Shown here: positions 63,940-64,000 of the stretch, one piece after another | Layout of the letters: every line of letters begins with the position of its first letter | Numbering within the stretch: position 1 is the stretch's first letter | Virus record (IMG/VR): IMGVR_UViG_3300010346_000749 | Coordinates: 1-64,000 of that record | Direction: 5' to 3' (one strand) | DNA: 64,000 nt | From: a virus | The notes under the pieces: generated by a model | The model's input: the letters and a program-made list of their open reading frames with translations, nothing else | The model's database searches: none | What the model was told of the DNA's origin: nothing | Position numbers and translations under genes: made by a program

Positions 63940-64000
63940 ATATTTGGTCGTGATAGTAATGATTAACAATGTTATGAAAACAATAAAAGTATCATTTCAG

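Noticed and set aside
1-64000. CRISPR arrays, rRNA genes, integrase, transposase or reverse transcriptase genes
   Set aside because: No regularly spaced direct repeats with unique spacers were seen, and none of the long ORFs shows the characteristic motifs of these families.

Overview
AT-rich segment of a large contractile-tailed (myovirus-like) phage or prophage; nearly all genes are on the + strand. 1-9.3 kb is a tRNA/ncRNA region driven by four near-identical sigma70-type promoters. It also holds two endonuclease cassettes, orphan tRNA fragments, aberrant tRNA-like genes and a three-copy structured repeat. 4.8-6.1 kb carries an adenine methylase plus a small nuclease-like ORF. 9.3-12.7 kb carries early-type genes: a Cys-phosphatase with an in-frame TAG, a NADAR fragment and ThyX. 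12.7-53.9 kb is one virion module: chaperone with frameshift extension, tape measure, LysM gpX-like, hub, gp5/gpV OB-fold spike, gp25/gpW, gpJ/gp6, giant paralogous distal proteins with LamG/discoidin-like domains, and a tail fibre. This module contains an abrupt G+C-rich insert (about 47166-48417) encoding a C-type-lectin/FGE-fold receptor-binding-like domain. 53.9-59.5 kb is a membrane-anchored PAS/GAF/CHASE4 sensor-domain operon with no recognisable output domain. 60.2-63.9 kb encodes two radical-SAM enzymes (one SPASM-type) followed by a 417-aa protein built from CxC-xx-RT repeats. The same repeat sits inside a 1727-aa virion protein at 31.2 kb, which makes this my best candidate for an undescribed system. 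All calls come from reading the sequence and hand-folding RNAs; no searches were run. No rRNA, CRISPR array, integrase, transposase or reverse transcriptase was recognised.
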